DNA of 64,000 bases, from assembly GCA_023129115.1 (NCBI GenBank), contig JAGMCR010000002.1, positions 1 to 64,000 on the forward strand, given 5' to 3'. Source of the stretch: Candidatus Iainarchaeum sp. (GTDB lineage: Archaea; B1Sed10-29; WALL01). Shown one piece after another: positions 55,027 to 64,000 of this stretch; positions within the stretch are counted from its first letter, which is position 1; every line of letters begins with the position of its first letter. Made by a program: the position numbers and the translations under genes. A model generated the notes under the pieces. That model was not told the DNA's origin, did no database searches, and saw nothing but the letters and a program-made list of their open reading frames with translations.

Positions 55027-56667
55027 ATGCCGCTCCCGAAATTATATTCGGTGTTTGATTCCATTGTCCCATTTGCATTAGGCCTATCCCTATTCCTGTA
55101 CGGGATAATCACGCTTAGTGGCGACCTCCAAAAGTTCGCGGGCAGCAAGGCAAGCGAGTACCTCCAGAAGGCGGCCGCCAACCCGTGGAGCGGCGCCTTC
55201 GTGGGAATGCTCGTCACCATGGTAATCCAGTCCAGCAGCGCCACCACAGTCATCGTCGTGAGCCTCGTGGACGCCGGGCTCCTGAGCTTCGTGCAGTCCC
55301 TCGGCATAATGTTCGGCGCCAACATCGGCACCACCATCACCGCCCAAATCGTCGCGCTCAAGGCCACGGCCCTCGCGCCCTTCTTCATAATAATCGGCTT
55401 CCTCCTCTCGACATTCACCAAGGGGCGGAACCGATTCATCGGCAACGCACTGTTCAGCCTCGGCATACTCTTCCTCGGCCTCGACTTCATGGGCCAGGGC
55501 ATCGCCCCAATAAAGTCCGACCCCGGCATCGCGAGCAGCCTGATGCTGCTCGACAATCCCCTGTACGCCCTCGCGCTGGCAGCAATATTCACTGGCATTG
55601 TCCAGTCCAGCAGCGTCACCACGAGCCTCATAGTCCTCATGGGAATGCAAGGGCTCCTGAACATCGGCCAGGCAATCCCAATGATAATCGGCGCCAACGT
55701 CGGCACCACCGTCACCGTAATGCTTGCGTCCACACGCCTCGGCCGCAACTCGAAGCGCGCGGCAATCGGCCACTTAATGTTCAACGCACTAGGCGCATTG
55801 CTGTTCATTCCATTCATGGGGCTACTCGCCCAGGTAGCGGCTGCGACCGCCGGCTCAACCGCCATGCAAATCGCGAACGCCCACACAATCTTCAATGTGG
55901 TCACGGCAGTCGCCGCGCTGCTGCTCATAAAGCCCTTCAGCGCTATGCTCATGCGGCTAATCCCACAAAGCGAAGAAGCAGAAGAGCACCGCGCCGTCCA
56001 CCTCAAGGAGCACGCGGGAGAGCCGTTCGTCGCGCTGGAACTGGTGGAGAAAGAGCTGCTCCGCCAGGGCAAAATCGTCCTCAAGATGCTCGACAAGGGA
56101 TACGCCACAATGTTCGAGCGCAACGAAAAGAAAATCCGCGAGGTCCAGAAGCTCGAGAACCTCGTGAACCACCTCCAGAAAGAAATCACCAACGCCCTTA
56201 TCAAGTCGTCCCGCCGCGAGCTCAGCAAGTACGACGCCCAGCGCGTCGCCGCCTACTCCAGAATGACCAACGAGATAGAGCGTGTCGGCGACCTGGCGAT
56301 GCACCTTGGCGGCGTCGCGCAGCGGTTGATTGACGAGGACACCAAGTTCTCGGCCCACGCGAAGAAAGACCTGGAAAAAATACACTCGCTATCGTTCGAG
56401 AGCTTCGAAAAAGCAGTGTCGCTCATCGAAAAGTACGACCGCGGCGCCTGCGACGAAGTCGTCCGCATCGAGGAGACCGTGGACTCGTTCATGCCGCGGC
56501 TCCACTCCGCGCACATGGGCCGCATGTGTGAGGGCCTGTGCAAGCCAGCCGCTGGCCAGGCTTACCCCGGCGTAATCCACATCCTGGAGCGCATTTCTGA
56601 CCACGCCAAGAACATCGCCCAAAAGACCAAGGCCCTCGAAAAAGCGCGGAAGCGCAACGGGAAGTGA
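55027..56667 (+). CDS. Na+/Pi cotransporter with PhoU domains
   Basis: Two QSSS and two GANIGTT/GANVGTT motifs; ERVGD and ERISDHA motifs. Confidence 0.93.
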   Translation: MPLPKLYSVFDSIVPFALGLSLFLYGIITLSGDLQKFAGSKASEYLQKAAANPWSGAFVGMLVTMVIQSSSATTVIVVSLVDAGLLSFVQSLGIMFGANIGTTITAQIVALKATALAPFFIIIGFLLSTFTKGRNRFIGNALFSLGILFLGLDFMGQGIAPIKSDPGIASSLMLLDNPLYALALAAIFTGIVQSSSVTTSLIVLMGMQGLLNIGQAIPMIIGANVGTTVTVMLASTRLGRNSKRAAIGHLMFNALGALLFIPFMGLLAQVAAATAGSTAMQIANAHTIFNVVTAVAALLLIKPFSAMLMRLIPQSEEAEEHRAVHLKEHAGEPFVALELVEKELLRQGKIVLKMLDKGYATMFERNEKKIREVQKLENLVNHLQKEITNALIKSSRRELSKYDAQRVAAYSRMTNEIERVGDLAMHLGGVAQRLIDEDTKFSAHAKKDLEKIHSLSFESFEKAVSLIEKYDRGACDEVVRIEETVDSFMPRLHSAHMGRMCEGLCKPAAGQAYPGVIHILERISDHAKNIAQKTKALEKARKRNGK

Positions 56668-57761
56668 CCGATATGGCGATAAAAAAGCTAGTCGCACTCA
56701 ACGCAGCGTTCACAGCGGCAGTCGGCCTCGGCTGGACGCTCTTCGTGCCCTACCTAGTGTCACTCGGCTACTCCTACCTCGACGTCATGCTGTTCTTCGC
56801 GGCGTTTTTCTCGTCTGCTCTCTTCGTTATGTTGTTCACGAGGAACTGGAAAATCAAGAACTACCTCACCCTCGGGCTTGGCACCCGCGCCCTGACTTTC
56901 CTCGCCGTCACTCAGGTCTCCCACCACTTCCACCTCTTCCTTGTCGCCATAATTTACTCGTTCATCATGACTGACTTTTGGGTCGTCTACAACTCACTCG
57001 TCGAAAAACAGACGACGAAGCACAACCGTGCGTTCACCAACAGCATTGTGATGGGCGCGGGCTTATTTGTGAACATAATCGCCCCGGTCGCCGCGGGGGT
57101 AATCGCGAGCCAGTACGGGTTCCACTGGGCGTTTGCCGCCGGCTTCCTCGCGATGCTGCCCACAATTTACCTTGCCCGGGGCCTCGGCGAAAAGCGCAGG
57201 CGCATAGACCTCTTCCCCGCACTTAAGTCCAACAAGCGCGTCCAGGAAATCATTTTCCTCGAGGGCTTCGCCCACGGCGCGTCATGGATTATTCCCATGG
57301 TCGTGACGCTCCAGTTCGTCACCGGCGTCGTGGAGTTCGGCGCGTTCTTTGCCTACCTCGCGCTCGCTGGAGCGGTTAGCGCATTGTTCCTGGGCAAGAA
57401 AAGCGACAAGGACGGCAACCGCGGGAGATACATAACGCCGGTCATGGTCTTCAGCGGCATAGCCCTCGCCGCCGCCGGATTCGCTGACTCCCTGCTCTTC
57501 TGGGCGGTTGCGATGGGCGCCAGCCGCTTCGTCGACAGCATAAAGTGGCCGTTCACGTGGACACTCATAACAGAGTCAGCCAAGACCATTGAGGAAGGCA
57601 TGCTCGTGCGCGAGTTCTGGCTCAACTCCGGCAGGATGGCCTCAATAATGGTGACAGTCGCGTGCCTCGCCTTCTTCGGCAGCGTGCAGTACGGGCTCGT
57701 CTTCGGCGGCGCAGCAGCCATGCTCTTCCCCGTCGCAATGAAGCTCAGGAAACTCGGATAA
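56664..57761 (+). CDS. MFS transporter
   Basis: About 12 TM helices and GKKSDKDGNR. Confidence 0.8.
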   Translation: MTDMAIKKLVALNAAFTAAVGLGWTLFVPYLVSLGYSYLDVMLFFAAFFSSALFVMLFTRNWKIKNYLTLGLGTRALTFLAVTQVSHHFHLFLVAIIYSFIMTDFWVVYNSLVEKQTTKHNRAFTNSIVMGAGLFVNIIAPVAAGVIASQYGFHWAFAAGFLAMLPTIYLARGLGEKRRRIDLFPALKSNKRVQEIIFLEGFAHGASWIIPMVVTLQFVTGVVEFGAFFAYLALAGAVSALFLGKKSDKDGNRGRYITPVMVFSGIALAAAGFADSLLFWAVAMGASRFVDSIKWPFTWTLITESAKTIEEGMLVREFWLNSGRMASIMVTVACLAFFGSVQYGLVFGGAAAMLFPVAMKLRKLG

Positions 57762-59310
57762 CGCCAGGATAAACTTCCTCGAACTGCGCGAGCGCCGGGT
57801 AAAACCCCAGCTTTTTCTCGCGCTCCCCAACAAAAACGTAGTCGACATTGTTCTCCAGCAACAGCTCCCGCAATCGCCCTCCGTCACTCTCGCCGGTGAT
57901 TTGCTTCACCACCCCCCGATTGTCAAGCCCGTGGTACTGCACGCCGTAGTGCCCGCCGTAAAGAATCCTCCGGTGCGCCAAATACGGCACGCGCGGGAAC
58001 AAAGACCACTCCTCAAGGAAAATCGCGTCCTGCGGCGTGTTTTCCCTCGCCCACTCCAGCGCCGCCAGCTCCGAAGGCGCCGCCTGCCCGTATTGGTTTC
58101 CAGTGTACACGCCAACAAGCGCGACCGACGAAATGCACAGCAGCCCGGCGATGAGCACGCGTGGCGCATTGTCCAGACGAGGGCTCGCGAGCACCGCGAG
58201 CGGCAATGCCGCGTAAACCAAAAACCTGTACCCGTTCTGCGTCAGTGGAATCGCCACGAACAATGCCAATGCAATCCCCAGCCACGAAAGCAATGCGAGC
58301 AGCTCCGTCTTCCTGTTCCGCCACGCCAGCGCACCGAGCGGCAGCACTGTCAATGCAATCGTCGGCAATGCCTCGGGCCGAAACCCGAACGCCATGTGGC
58401 TTCCGCTCACCGACAGGAGCGGGAGCAGGAACGGAATCCCTAGCGCCATCCACGGCAGGAACCTAGGCTTTTTCCTGTTGATTGCGTGGTGCAGGAGAAT
58501 GGCACCGACCAGCACTGCCGCGGTCTGCAAGTGATAGCCGGCCAGCACCGCAAGCGTCACTCCCAACAGCTTATCCTGCTTCTTGAGGAAAAGGAACAGC
58601 GCGAACGCCATCAAGCCGAGTCCAATCGCCTGCGGCTGCGGCAAAAAGAAGAACAGCAGCGTGGGGTCGAACTTGAACCCCAGCGGCGCAAAGATTATTT
58701 CCTGGAACCCGGTGCCGAGCACCCAGCTCCCGCCCGCCAGGAGCATGAACAGCGCGCCGGCCCGCATGCCGCTCCTGAACAGCTTTTCGCCAACGAGATA
58801 GACCGACAAAAACAGCGCCAGCGCGGCCAGCGGAATCGCCGCCATCCCGGCCTCGCCGAGCAGCACGGTGAACAGCCAGTTGCCATTGATTGTGTGCCCC
58901 GGCGTGTAGCTGTCCTCTGGCGGGAACTGCGGCGACAGCCTGTACCACTCCGCGTTCGACATGTGCCACACCGCGTCTCCCGCGTGCGTCGGGTGCACCG
59001 CGGGCCCGGCGTACTGCAAGAGCACCAGCGCGACCAGCAATGCAAACACAAGCCCAACCGCGAGCGCCATTTTGTCCCTTTTCCCAATCGTTAGCCTCCC
59101 GCCCTTTCGGTAGAGCAGGTAGGCGACAAAAAACCCGAGTGGAACTACTGGCGCAAGGCCCATTGGCCTCGCCAACATCGCGGCGAACGGCAGCACAACC
59201 ATCGAGAGCGCGATGGACGCGGCCACGAGCTCGGCCAGCGAAAACTCTTTCCTCATCCGCGAATACAGCACAAGCCCCGGCACAATCAGCAGCGCGAGCG
59301 ACAGCATCAC
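57745..59310 (-). CDS. Polytopic membrane protein, GT-C-like
   Basis: GDAVWH loop; AALEWARENTPQDA and ENNVDYVFVGERE C-terminal domain. Confidence 0.7.
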   Translation of the reverse strand: MMLSLALLIVPGLVLYSRMRKEFSLAELVAASIALSMVVLPFAAMLARPMGLAPVVPLGFFVAYLLYRKGGRLTIGKRDKMALAVGLVFALLVALVLLQYAGPAVHPTHAGDAVWHMSNAEWYRLSPQFPPEDSYTPGHTINGNWLFTVLLGEAGMAAIPLAALALFLSVYLVGEKLFRSGMRAGALFMLLAGGSWVLGTGFQEIIFAPLGFKFDPTLLFFFLPQPQAIGLGLMAFALFLFLKKQDKLLGVTLAVLAGYHLQTAAVLVGAILLHHAINRKKPRFLPWMALGIPFLLPLLSVSGSHMAFGFRPEALPTIALTVLPLGALAWRNRKTELLALLSWLGIALALFVAIPLTQNGYRFLVYAALPLAVLASPRLDNAPRVLIAGLLCISSVALVGVYTGNQYGQAAPSELAALEWARENTPQDAIFLEEWSLFPRVPYLAHRRILYGGHYGVQYHGLDNRGVVKQITGESDGGRLRELLLENNVDYVFVGEREKKLGFYPALAQFEEVYPGVIRVS

Positions 59311-59362
59311 TCATGTTACCGCGCCGGTGCTTTTAAATACCCCCGGCGAGTTATGCCCACCG

Positions 59363-60586
59363 ATGCGCTACGAGGACTACGTAGACACGCGCCACAAGCC
59401 CAGCCGCAGCGAAATGACCTGCGACTTTTACGCCGAGGGCGTGAGGGGCGTCAAGCCAAAGTGGCTCGCCGGAGGAATCGCTGCAGAAAGCTCGACCGGC
59501 ACATGGACAGAGCTCACGACCGAGAAGCCCTACATGAAAAAATTGGCAGCCCGGGTCTACAAAATCAAGAAGAGCGGGCGCGGCATGGACATAAGCATCG
59601 CCTACCCCCCCGAACTGTTCGAGGAAAACAACATGCCCAACATCCTGAGCAGCGTCGCCGGGAATATCTACGGGCTCAAGGAAGTCCGCTACCTCCGCAT
59701 GAACGGCCTCCGCCTCCCGAAAAAATTGGCCAAGTCCTTCAAGGGCCCCAAGTTCGGCATCAAGGGCGTCCAAAAAACGTTCGGCAAAAAAACGCCGCTC
59801 GTGGGCACAATCGTAAAGCCCAAGCTTGGCCTGCGCACCGCGGACCACGCCAAGGTCGCGTACGAGGCATGGGTCGGCGGGTGCGACGTCGTGAAGGACG
59901 ACGAGAACCTGAGCGGCCAGTCGTTCAACCGCGCCAAGAAGCGGATTGAAACGACTGTGAAATACAAGCGCCGCGCCGAAAAAGAGACGGGCGAGCGCAA
60001 GGGATACATGTTCAACGTCACTGCCGAGACCTTCGAGATGCTGAAGCGCACTAACATGGCGGCCGACCTGCGCAACGAGTACGTCATGATTGACATTCTT
60101 ACCGAGGGCTGGGGCGCGCTGCAGACCCTGCGCGACCATTCCCGGGGCCGCATAATCCACGCGCACCGCGCGGGCCACGCCGCCATAACAAAGCTGCCGT
60201 ACCACGGCATGTCCATGCCAGTGATTTGCACTATTTCCCGCACCATTGGCGTGGACCAATTGCACGTCGGCACGGCGGTCGGGAAAATGGGCGAGGACAA
60301 GCGGGAGGTCCTTGAGAACATCGCGGCGTGCAAGGAAAAGTACCACGGCATAAGGCCCGTGATGCCCGTCGCCTCCGGCGGCCTCAACCCGCTGCATGTC
60401 CCCGCGCTCTACAAGATATTCGGCAACGAAGTCATCATACAAATGGGCGGCGGAATACATGGCCATCCGTGGGGCACGCGCGCCGGGGCAAAGGCCGCCC
60501 GCGACGCACTCGACGCCGTGGTCCAGGGCAGGAGCATTCGCAATTATTCGAAGGAGCTTGACGAGGCAATCAGGAAGTGGGGATAA
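59363..60586 (+). CDS. rbcL: Form III-type RuBisCO large subunit
   Basis: AAESSTGTW, GTIVKPKLGL, VKDDENL, HAHRAGH, loop 6 VGKM, SGG and GGGIHGHPWG motifs. Confidence 0.95.
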   Translation: MRYEDYVDTRHKPSRSEMTCDFYAEGVRGVKPKWLAGGIAAESSTGTWTELTTEKPYMKKLAARVYKIKKSGRGMDISIAYPPELFEENNMPNILSSVAGNIYGLKEVRYLRMNGLRLPKKLAKSFKGPKFGIKGVQKTFGKKTPLVGTIVKPKLGLRTADHAKVAYEAWVGGCDVVKDDENLSGQSFNRAKKRIETTVKYKRRAEKETGERKGYMFNVTAETFEMLKRTNMAADLRNEYVMIDILTEGWGALQTLRDHSRGRIIHAHRAGHAAITKLPYHGMSMPVICTISRTIGVDQLHVGTAVGKMGEDKREVLENIAACKEKYHGIRPVMPVASGGLNPLHVPALYKIFGNEVIIQMGGGIHGHPWGTRAGAKAARDALDAVVQGRSIRNYSKELDEAIRKWG

Positions 60587-61035
60587 TGGAAGACCTTGAC
60601 TTTGGTGAGAGCATGAGCATGCCAAAACTGAATTTCGACGTAAAAAAAATTGGGGTTGCGCTGGTGGGCCTTATCGTGCTGTTTGCCCTCGTCTACCTGG
60701 CGATGGGCGTGCTGAACCAGCCGCCGGTGTCGCTGCAGTTCAAAGACACCGAGATAAGCCCGGGCCAGGCCACTGTGCTGACGGTCGTCGTCGTAAACAC
60801 GGGCGAGGAAGACGCGGCCGGCGTCACCATCCAAATAGTGCCGGAGAGCGTGGTGCTTACCGTCACTGACCCCGTGAGGACCGAGCCCATCATCGGCTCC
60901 AAGGCGAAGAGGGAGTTCGAGTTCGCCGTGACCGTTGGTCCCGACGCGACGCCTGGGACCTACAAGGTAACAGCCAAGGTGGACAACCTCATCGATGGCG
61001 AGCAGGAAGCCAGGGCTTACCTAGAAGTAGGGTGA
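60586..61035 (+). CDS. Membrane-anchored Ig-like (CARDB/NEW3-like) protein
   Basis: TM helix, VVVNTGEEDA and DATPGTYKVTAKV motifs. Confidence 0.75.
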   Translation: MEDLDFGESMSMPKLNFDVKKIGVALVGLIVLFALVYLAMGVLNQPPVSLQFKDTEISPGQATVLTVVVVNTGEEDAAGVTIQIVPESVVLTVTDPVRTEPIIGSKAKREFEFAVTVGPDATPGTYKVTAKVDNLIDGEQEARAYLEVG

Positions 61036-61037
61036 AT

Positions 61038-61358
61038 TCACTCGCTGTCCTCGATTTCTTTTTCGACCCAGCGGCGGGCCTTGCCTATGTCGATGGCAAT
61101 GGTGATGTCAAGCGCGTTTTCGTTGTTCAGGATTATCTCGTCAATCACGCCGGTCCTGCTTATGATTAGCGGGCTTGGGAGCATCTGGCCCTCCCTGACG
61201 CCCATGACCTTTTTTGCCATTCCCCTCATTAGCAGTGCCGCGCACTCGTCACAAATCTTGAACTTGTTGACGGGAGAATCAGCGCCGTGCTCCTGGATAA
61301 ACCAATTTTGTTTCGGCTCCTTAGCTTTTTTGCAGAGCCCGCAAAACACCATCCGCAT
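61038..61358 (-). CDS. C4 Zn-finger protein
   Basis: CGLC...ICDEC. Confidence 0.65.
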   Translation of the reverse strand: MRMVFCGLCKKAKEPKQNWFIQEHGADSPVNKFKICDECAALLMRGMAKKVMGVREGQMLPSPLIISRTGVIDEIILNNENALDITIAIDIGKARRWVEKEIEDSE

Positions 61359-61385
61359 CTATAACGCAGTTAGGGTATTTAAGTG

Positions 61386-62603
61386 TTATATTGGTTCGGC
61401 TTTGACGTAAAAGAGCTTCAGCGAGACTTCCTGGCTGAGGTCTCTCTCTATGCGCTGCTTCAAGCGGTCGCGGAACCCCTCCGGCGGCGTGATGAACGAA
61501 ACAATCTTTAGGTCGACCCTGAGGGGGCTGTACCTTATGTCCAGCTGCTCCACTTCACCGCCCACACTCGCGGCCTCGGCCGCCACCGTTGCAGTGATTA
61601 TGGTCTCAATCTGCGACTGCTCGTAGGAGATGAGGCTCGTGTAGACGAACGGTATGCTCAGCATGAACAGCATGAGGGCGGCGACCTTGAGGTGCGTCGA
61701 GAAAAACTTCTTTTCCTGCTTTTTCGGCGCCACGCCGTACGCGTAGAACACGACGGCGCTCCCGATGTCGATGCTGATTATGTTGACGAGCAGCACGAGG
61801 AGAGTTGTTGCGGCGACCGTGAAGTCGACGATTCCAAAGAACGCGAAGAACACGTTGATGGAAAGCGCCGCGACCGGTGGCATCAGCGACACCGCAATGG
61901 CGACGCCGGCCAGGGCCTCGTTCAGGTCCGTCAGGAGCGAGACCGCAGCGATTATCCCCGAGATGAACGCGACGCCTATCGTGAGCAGGCTGAGCTGGCT
62001 AATCCCAAGCAGGATTGGGGACGGCTGGCTCGCCGGCAGCAGGAACATGGAAAAGAACACGACTATGCACGAGAGCAGCAGCCCGATTGTAAGCGCGGAC
62101 GCGCCGCGCCAGAACATCAGCACGTCGCCCGTGACTGTCCCGAGCGACGACGTAGTGATTGGCCTCAGCAATGGCGCGATTATCATGGCGCCGATGACCA
62201 CGATGGGGCTGTCCTGCAGCAAGCCAAACGCGGCCAGCAATCCCGACAGCACGCAGAGAATGATGTACGTCATGTCTATTGACGATGACTCGTACGCATG
62301 CGCCTTTAATTCCTCGACCGGGACCCGCCTCTCTTCCTTCCCCTCTTTCTCGACCTGCGCGAAGGGCTCCTCGGCCTTCCAAATCCGTATGTCGGGCTGG
62401 ATGTGCTTCTTGTCCTCGTACTCCGAAATGCTCTTGATTATCGCGTCCACGGCGCTTTCCTTGGCCGTTATTGAGACGAGTTCGCGGTTGATGCCGGGGC
62501 CGTGCGACTCCAGAATTATGACGTCGCTTGCGCCGGCCTTTTCCGCGCGGAAGGCGACCCATTTGCCCTTGCCCTTGGGCACAGCCACCTCTATTTTCCT
62601 CAT
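61386..62603 (-). CDS. DUF389/TIGR00341 family membrane protein
   Basis: VVIGAMIIAPLL and LAGVAIAVSLMPP motifs. Confidence 0.9.
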   Translation of the reverse strand: MRKIEVAVPKGKGKWVAFRAEKAGASDVIILESHGPGINRELVSITAKESAVDAIIKSISEYEDKKHIQPDIRIWKAEEPFAQVEKEGKEERRVPVEELKAHAYESSSIDMTYIILCVLSGLLAAFGLLQDSPIVVIGAMIIAPLLRPITTSSLGTVTGDVLMFWRGASALTIGLLLSCIVVFFSMFLLPASQPSPILLGISQLSLLTIGVAFISGIIAAVSLLTDLNEALAGVAIAVSLMPPVAALSINVFFAFFGIVDFTVAATTLLVLLVNIISIDIGSAVVFYAYGVAPKKQEKKFFSTHLKVAALMLFMLSIPFVYTSLISYEQSQIETIITATVAAEAASVGGEVEQLDIRYSPLRVDLKIVSFITPPEGFRDRLKQRIERDLSQEVSLKLFYVKAEPI

Positions 62604-62636
62604 TGCAGCAGAATAACCATCAGCGGTTTAAAAGCC

Positions 62637-64000
62637 TTATTGCTTGAAGAACTCGCCCACGCAGTACGCTGGGTCCCTCGTCAGCACCAAGTCCATGTCC
62701 TGGGGGAAGCACTTGGCGTAATTCGCCCACTTGAACCGCTCGTCCAGGAACACAATCGCGCCCCGGTCGTCCTCGTTCCGGATTACCCTTCCCGCGGCCT
62801 GAATCGCCCTGTTCATCGCGGGGTACAAGTACCCGTAGTTCCACCCCGCGCCGAACTTGTACTCGTAGTACTCGACCAGCGCCTGCGTCTCGAGCCCCCA
62901 CTCCGCGAGCGGCACCCCCACGACCACGGCAGCCATCAAGTCCCTCCCGGGATAGTCGATGCCTTCTGCGAAAGACCCCCCGGCCACCGCGCACAACACG
63001 GCCCCGAAGTGCCTGCTCTCCCGGAACTGCGCGAGCAACTGCGCCGCCTGTGTTGGCGTGCTCCTCTCCTTCTGCGAGTAAACGGGCTTGTTGGGCTTGA
63101 AATTGAACAAGACTTCCCTCATCACGCGGTACGACGGGAAGAAAACAGCAACATTCCCAGGCACCGTGTCCACTACTTTCGTTACTTCGCCGGCAATCTT
63201 CTGGTACTGCTCGTCGCTCCGCTTCGCGTACCTCGTCGTCACGGAATCGCTAATAATGTTAACCCGGTTCTCCCTCGGGAACGGCGACTCGTACTGCCGC
63301 ATTTCGGTCCTCTCCTCCTCGAACCCAAGCAAGTCCTTGTACATCTCGAGTGGCGTTAATGTCCCGCTCATCGCAATTACCGAGTGCGCTTCCTTAAGGA
63401 TGCCCCCCGTGGCGACTCCCGCGTCCATGCAGTTGTGGTGCACTCCCCGCGCGTTGCTCATGCGCAAATACTCCTGTGACTCGACGGGCCACATCGAGAG
63501 GAACGAGTGAATCGCGAGGCACGCCGACCGCATCCTGTTTGTGGTCTCCAAATAGTCATTGCCGAGCGCCTTCAATTCCTCAAGGTCGTCCTCGTCCCAT
63601 GTTGGCAAGGCATTTTGCTTAATCACTTGCGGCTCTTTCTTCGCGAGTGCCTCGGTATCGCGCTTCAATTTCTCAAGCTTTTTCTTCAGTGGCGACTTCA
63701 GCAACCCTGCTTCTTTTATCGCCCTCTTGAGCGTGAACGGCGCCAGCGAGTGGCTGAGTATGCTCCTTATCCTCTCGCTTGCGTTCTGTGCCTCGTCAAC
63801 AATGATTATGGAGTCCTCGAGCTTTTTGCCGACTTTTTTCATGAACGCCCCGGCGATGTGGGGGTACAGCACGTGAAAATAGTCGCACACGATGACGCTG
63901 CTCTGCCTCGCGATTTGCATTGCGGTCTCGTACGCGCAGAGCGCGTGCTTTTTCCCGCCGTACTTGAACTCGGCGCATTCCTGGACGAGCTCGTTGTTGC
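62637..64000 (-). CDS. XPD/Rad3/DinG family DNA helicase (5' end outside the window)
   Basis: IVDEAQN, MSGTLTP, VFFPSY, GGSFAEGIDY and QAAGRVIRNEDDRG motifs. Confidence 0.93.
   Translation of the reverse strand, partial: NNELVQECAEFKYGGKKHALCAYETAMQIARQSSVIVCDYFHVLYPHIAGAFMKKVGKKLEDSIIIVDEAQNASERIRSILSHSLAPFTLKRAIKEAGLLKSPLKKKLEKLKRDTEALAKKEPQVIKQNALPTWDEDDLEELKALGNDYLETTNRMRSACLAIHSFLSMWPVESQEYLRMSNARGVHHNCMDAGVATGGILKEAHSVIAMSGTLTPLEMYKDLLGFEEERTEMRQYESPFPRENRVNIISDSVTTRYAKRSDEQYQKIAGEVTKVVDTVPGNVAVFFPSYRVMREVLFNFKPNKPVYSQKERSTPTQAAQLLAQFRESRHFGAVLCAVAGGSFAEGIDYPGRDLMAAVVVGVPLAEWGLETQALVEYYEYKFGAGWNYGYLYPAMNRAIQAAGRVIRNEDDRGAIVFLDERFKWANYAKCFPQDMDLVLTRDPAYCVGEFFKQ

Noticed and set aside
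55023-56228. 401-aa minus-strand ORF and similar long antisense ORFs (59351-60625, 40910-41938)
   Set aside because: They are shadows of GC-rich genes with clear family motifs on the other strand.

Overview
This is a 64 kb archaeal chromosome segment, most consistent with a DPANN-type lineage. The inference rests on archaeal eIF5A, Sm, a class III pilin, XPD/Rad3, DUF2226, NYN proteins, a form III-type RuBisCO, TATA-box promoters and CCA-less tRNA genes. Positions 0.5-18.6 kb hold a surface-glycosylation island: a LamG surface protein, a GT-C enzyme, a flippase, four GT4 and one GT2 glycosyltransferases, methyltransferases (one decayed) and two epimerases. The rest is mostly GC-rich housekeeping DNA interrupted by small AT-richer defence or toxin-antitoxin cassettes. 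The most striking unexplained structure is a tRNA-anchored cassette system with no integrase in the window. Downstream of tRNA-Ser(TGA), a run of TA and ORFan cassettes is punctuated by repeated copies of the tRNA 3' end (AGCGCTAGGGGCA). The same 12-mer sits in front of a PRTase+DprA (ShosTA-like) pair 21 kb away, which is bracketed by a 51-bp direct repeat. tRNA-Gly(CCC) carries a 2.5 kb ATPase+TA islet bounded by a 20-bp att-like repeat. Both tRNAs are flanked by two families of covarying multi-hairpin non-coding elements. Other highlights are an archaeal protein with motif-by-motif resemblance to the eukaryotic 18S rRNA methyltransferase Bud23, a MinD/roadblock-like/DUF2226 module, and several unannotated micro-ORFs. 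All protein calls come from motif recognition by eye; no database searches were run.
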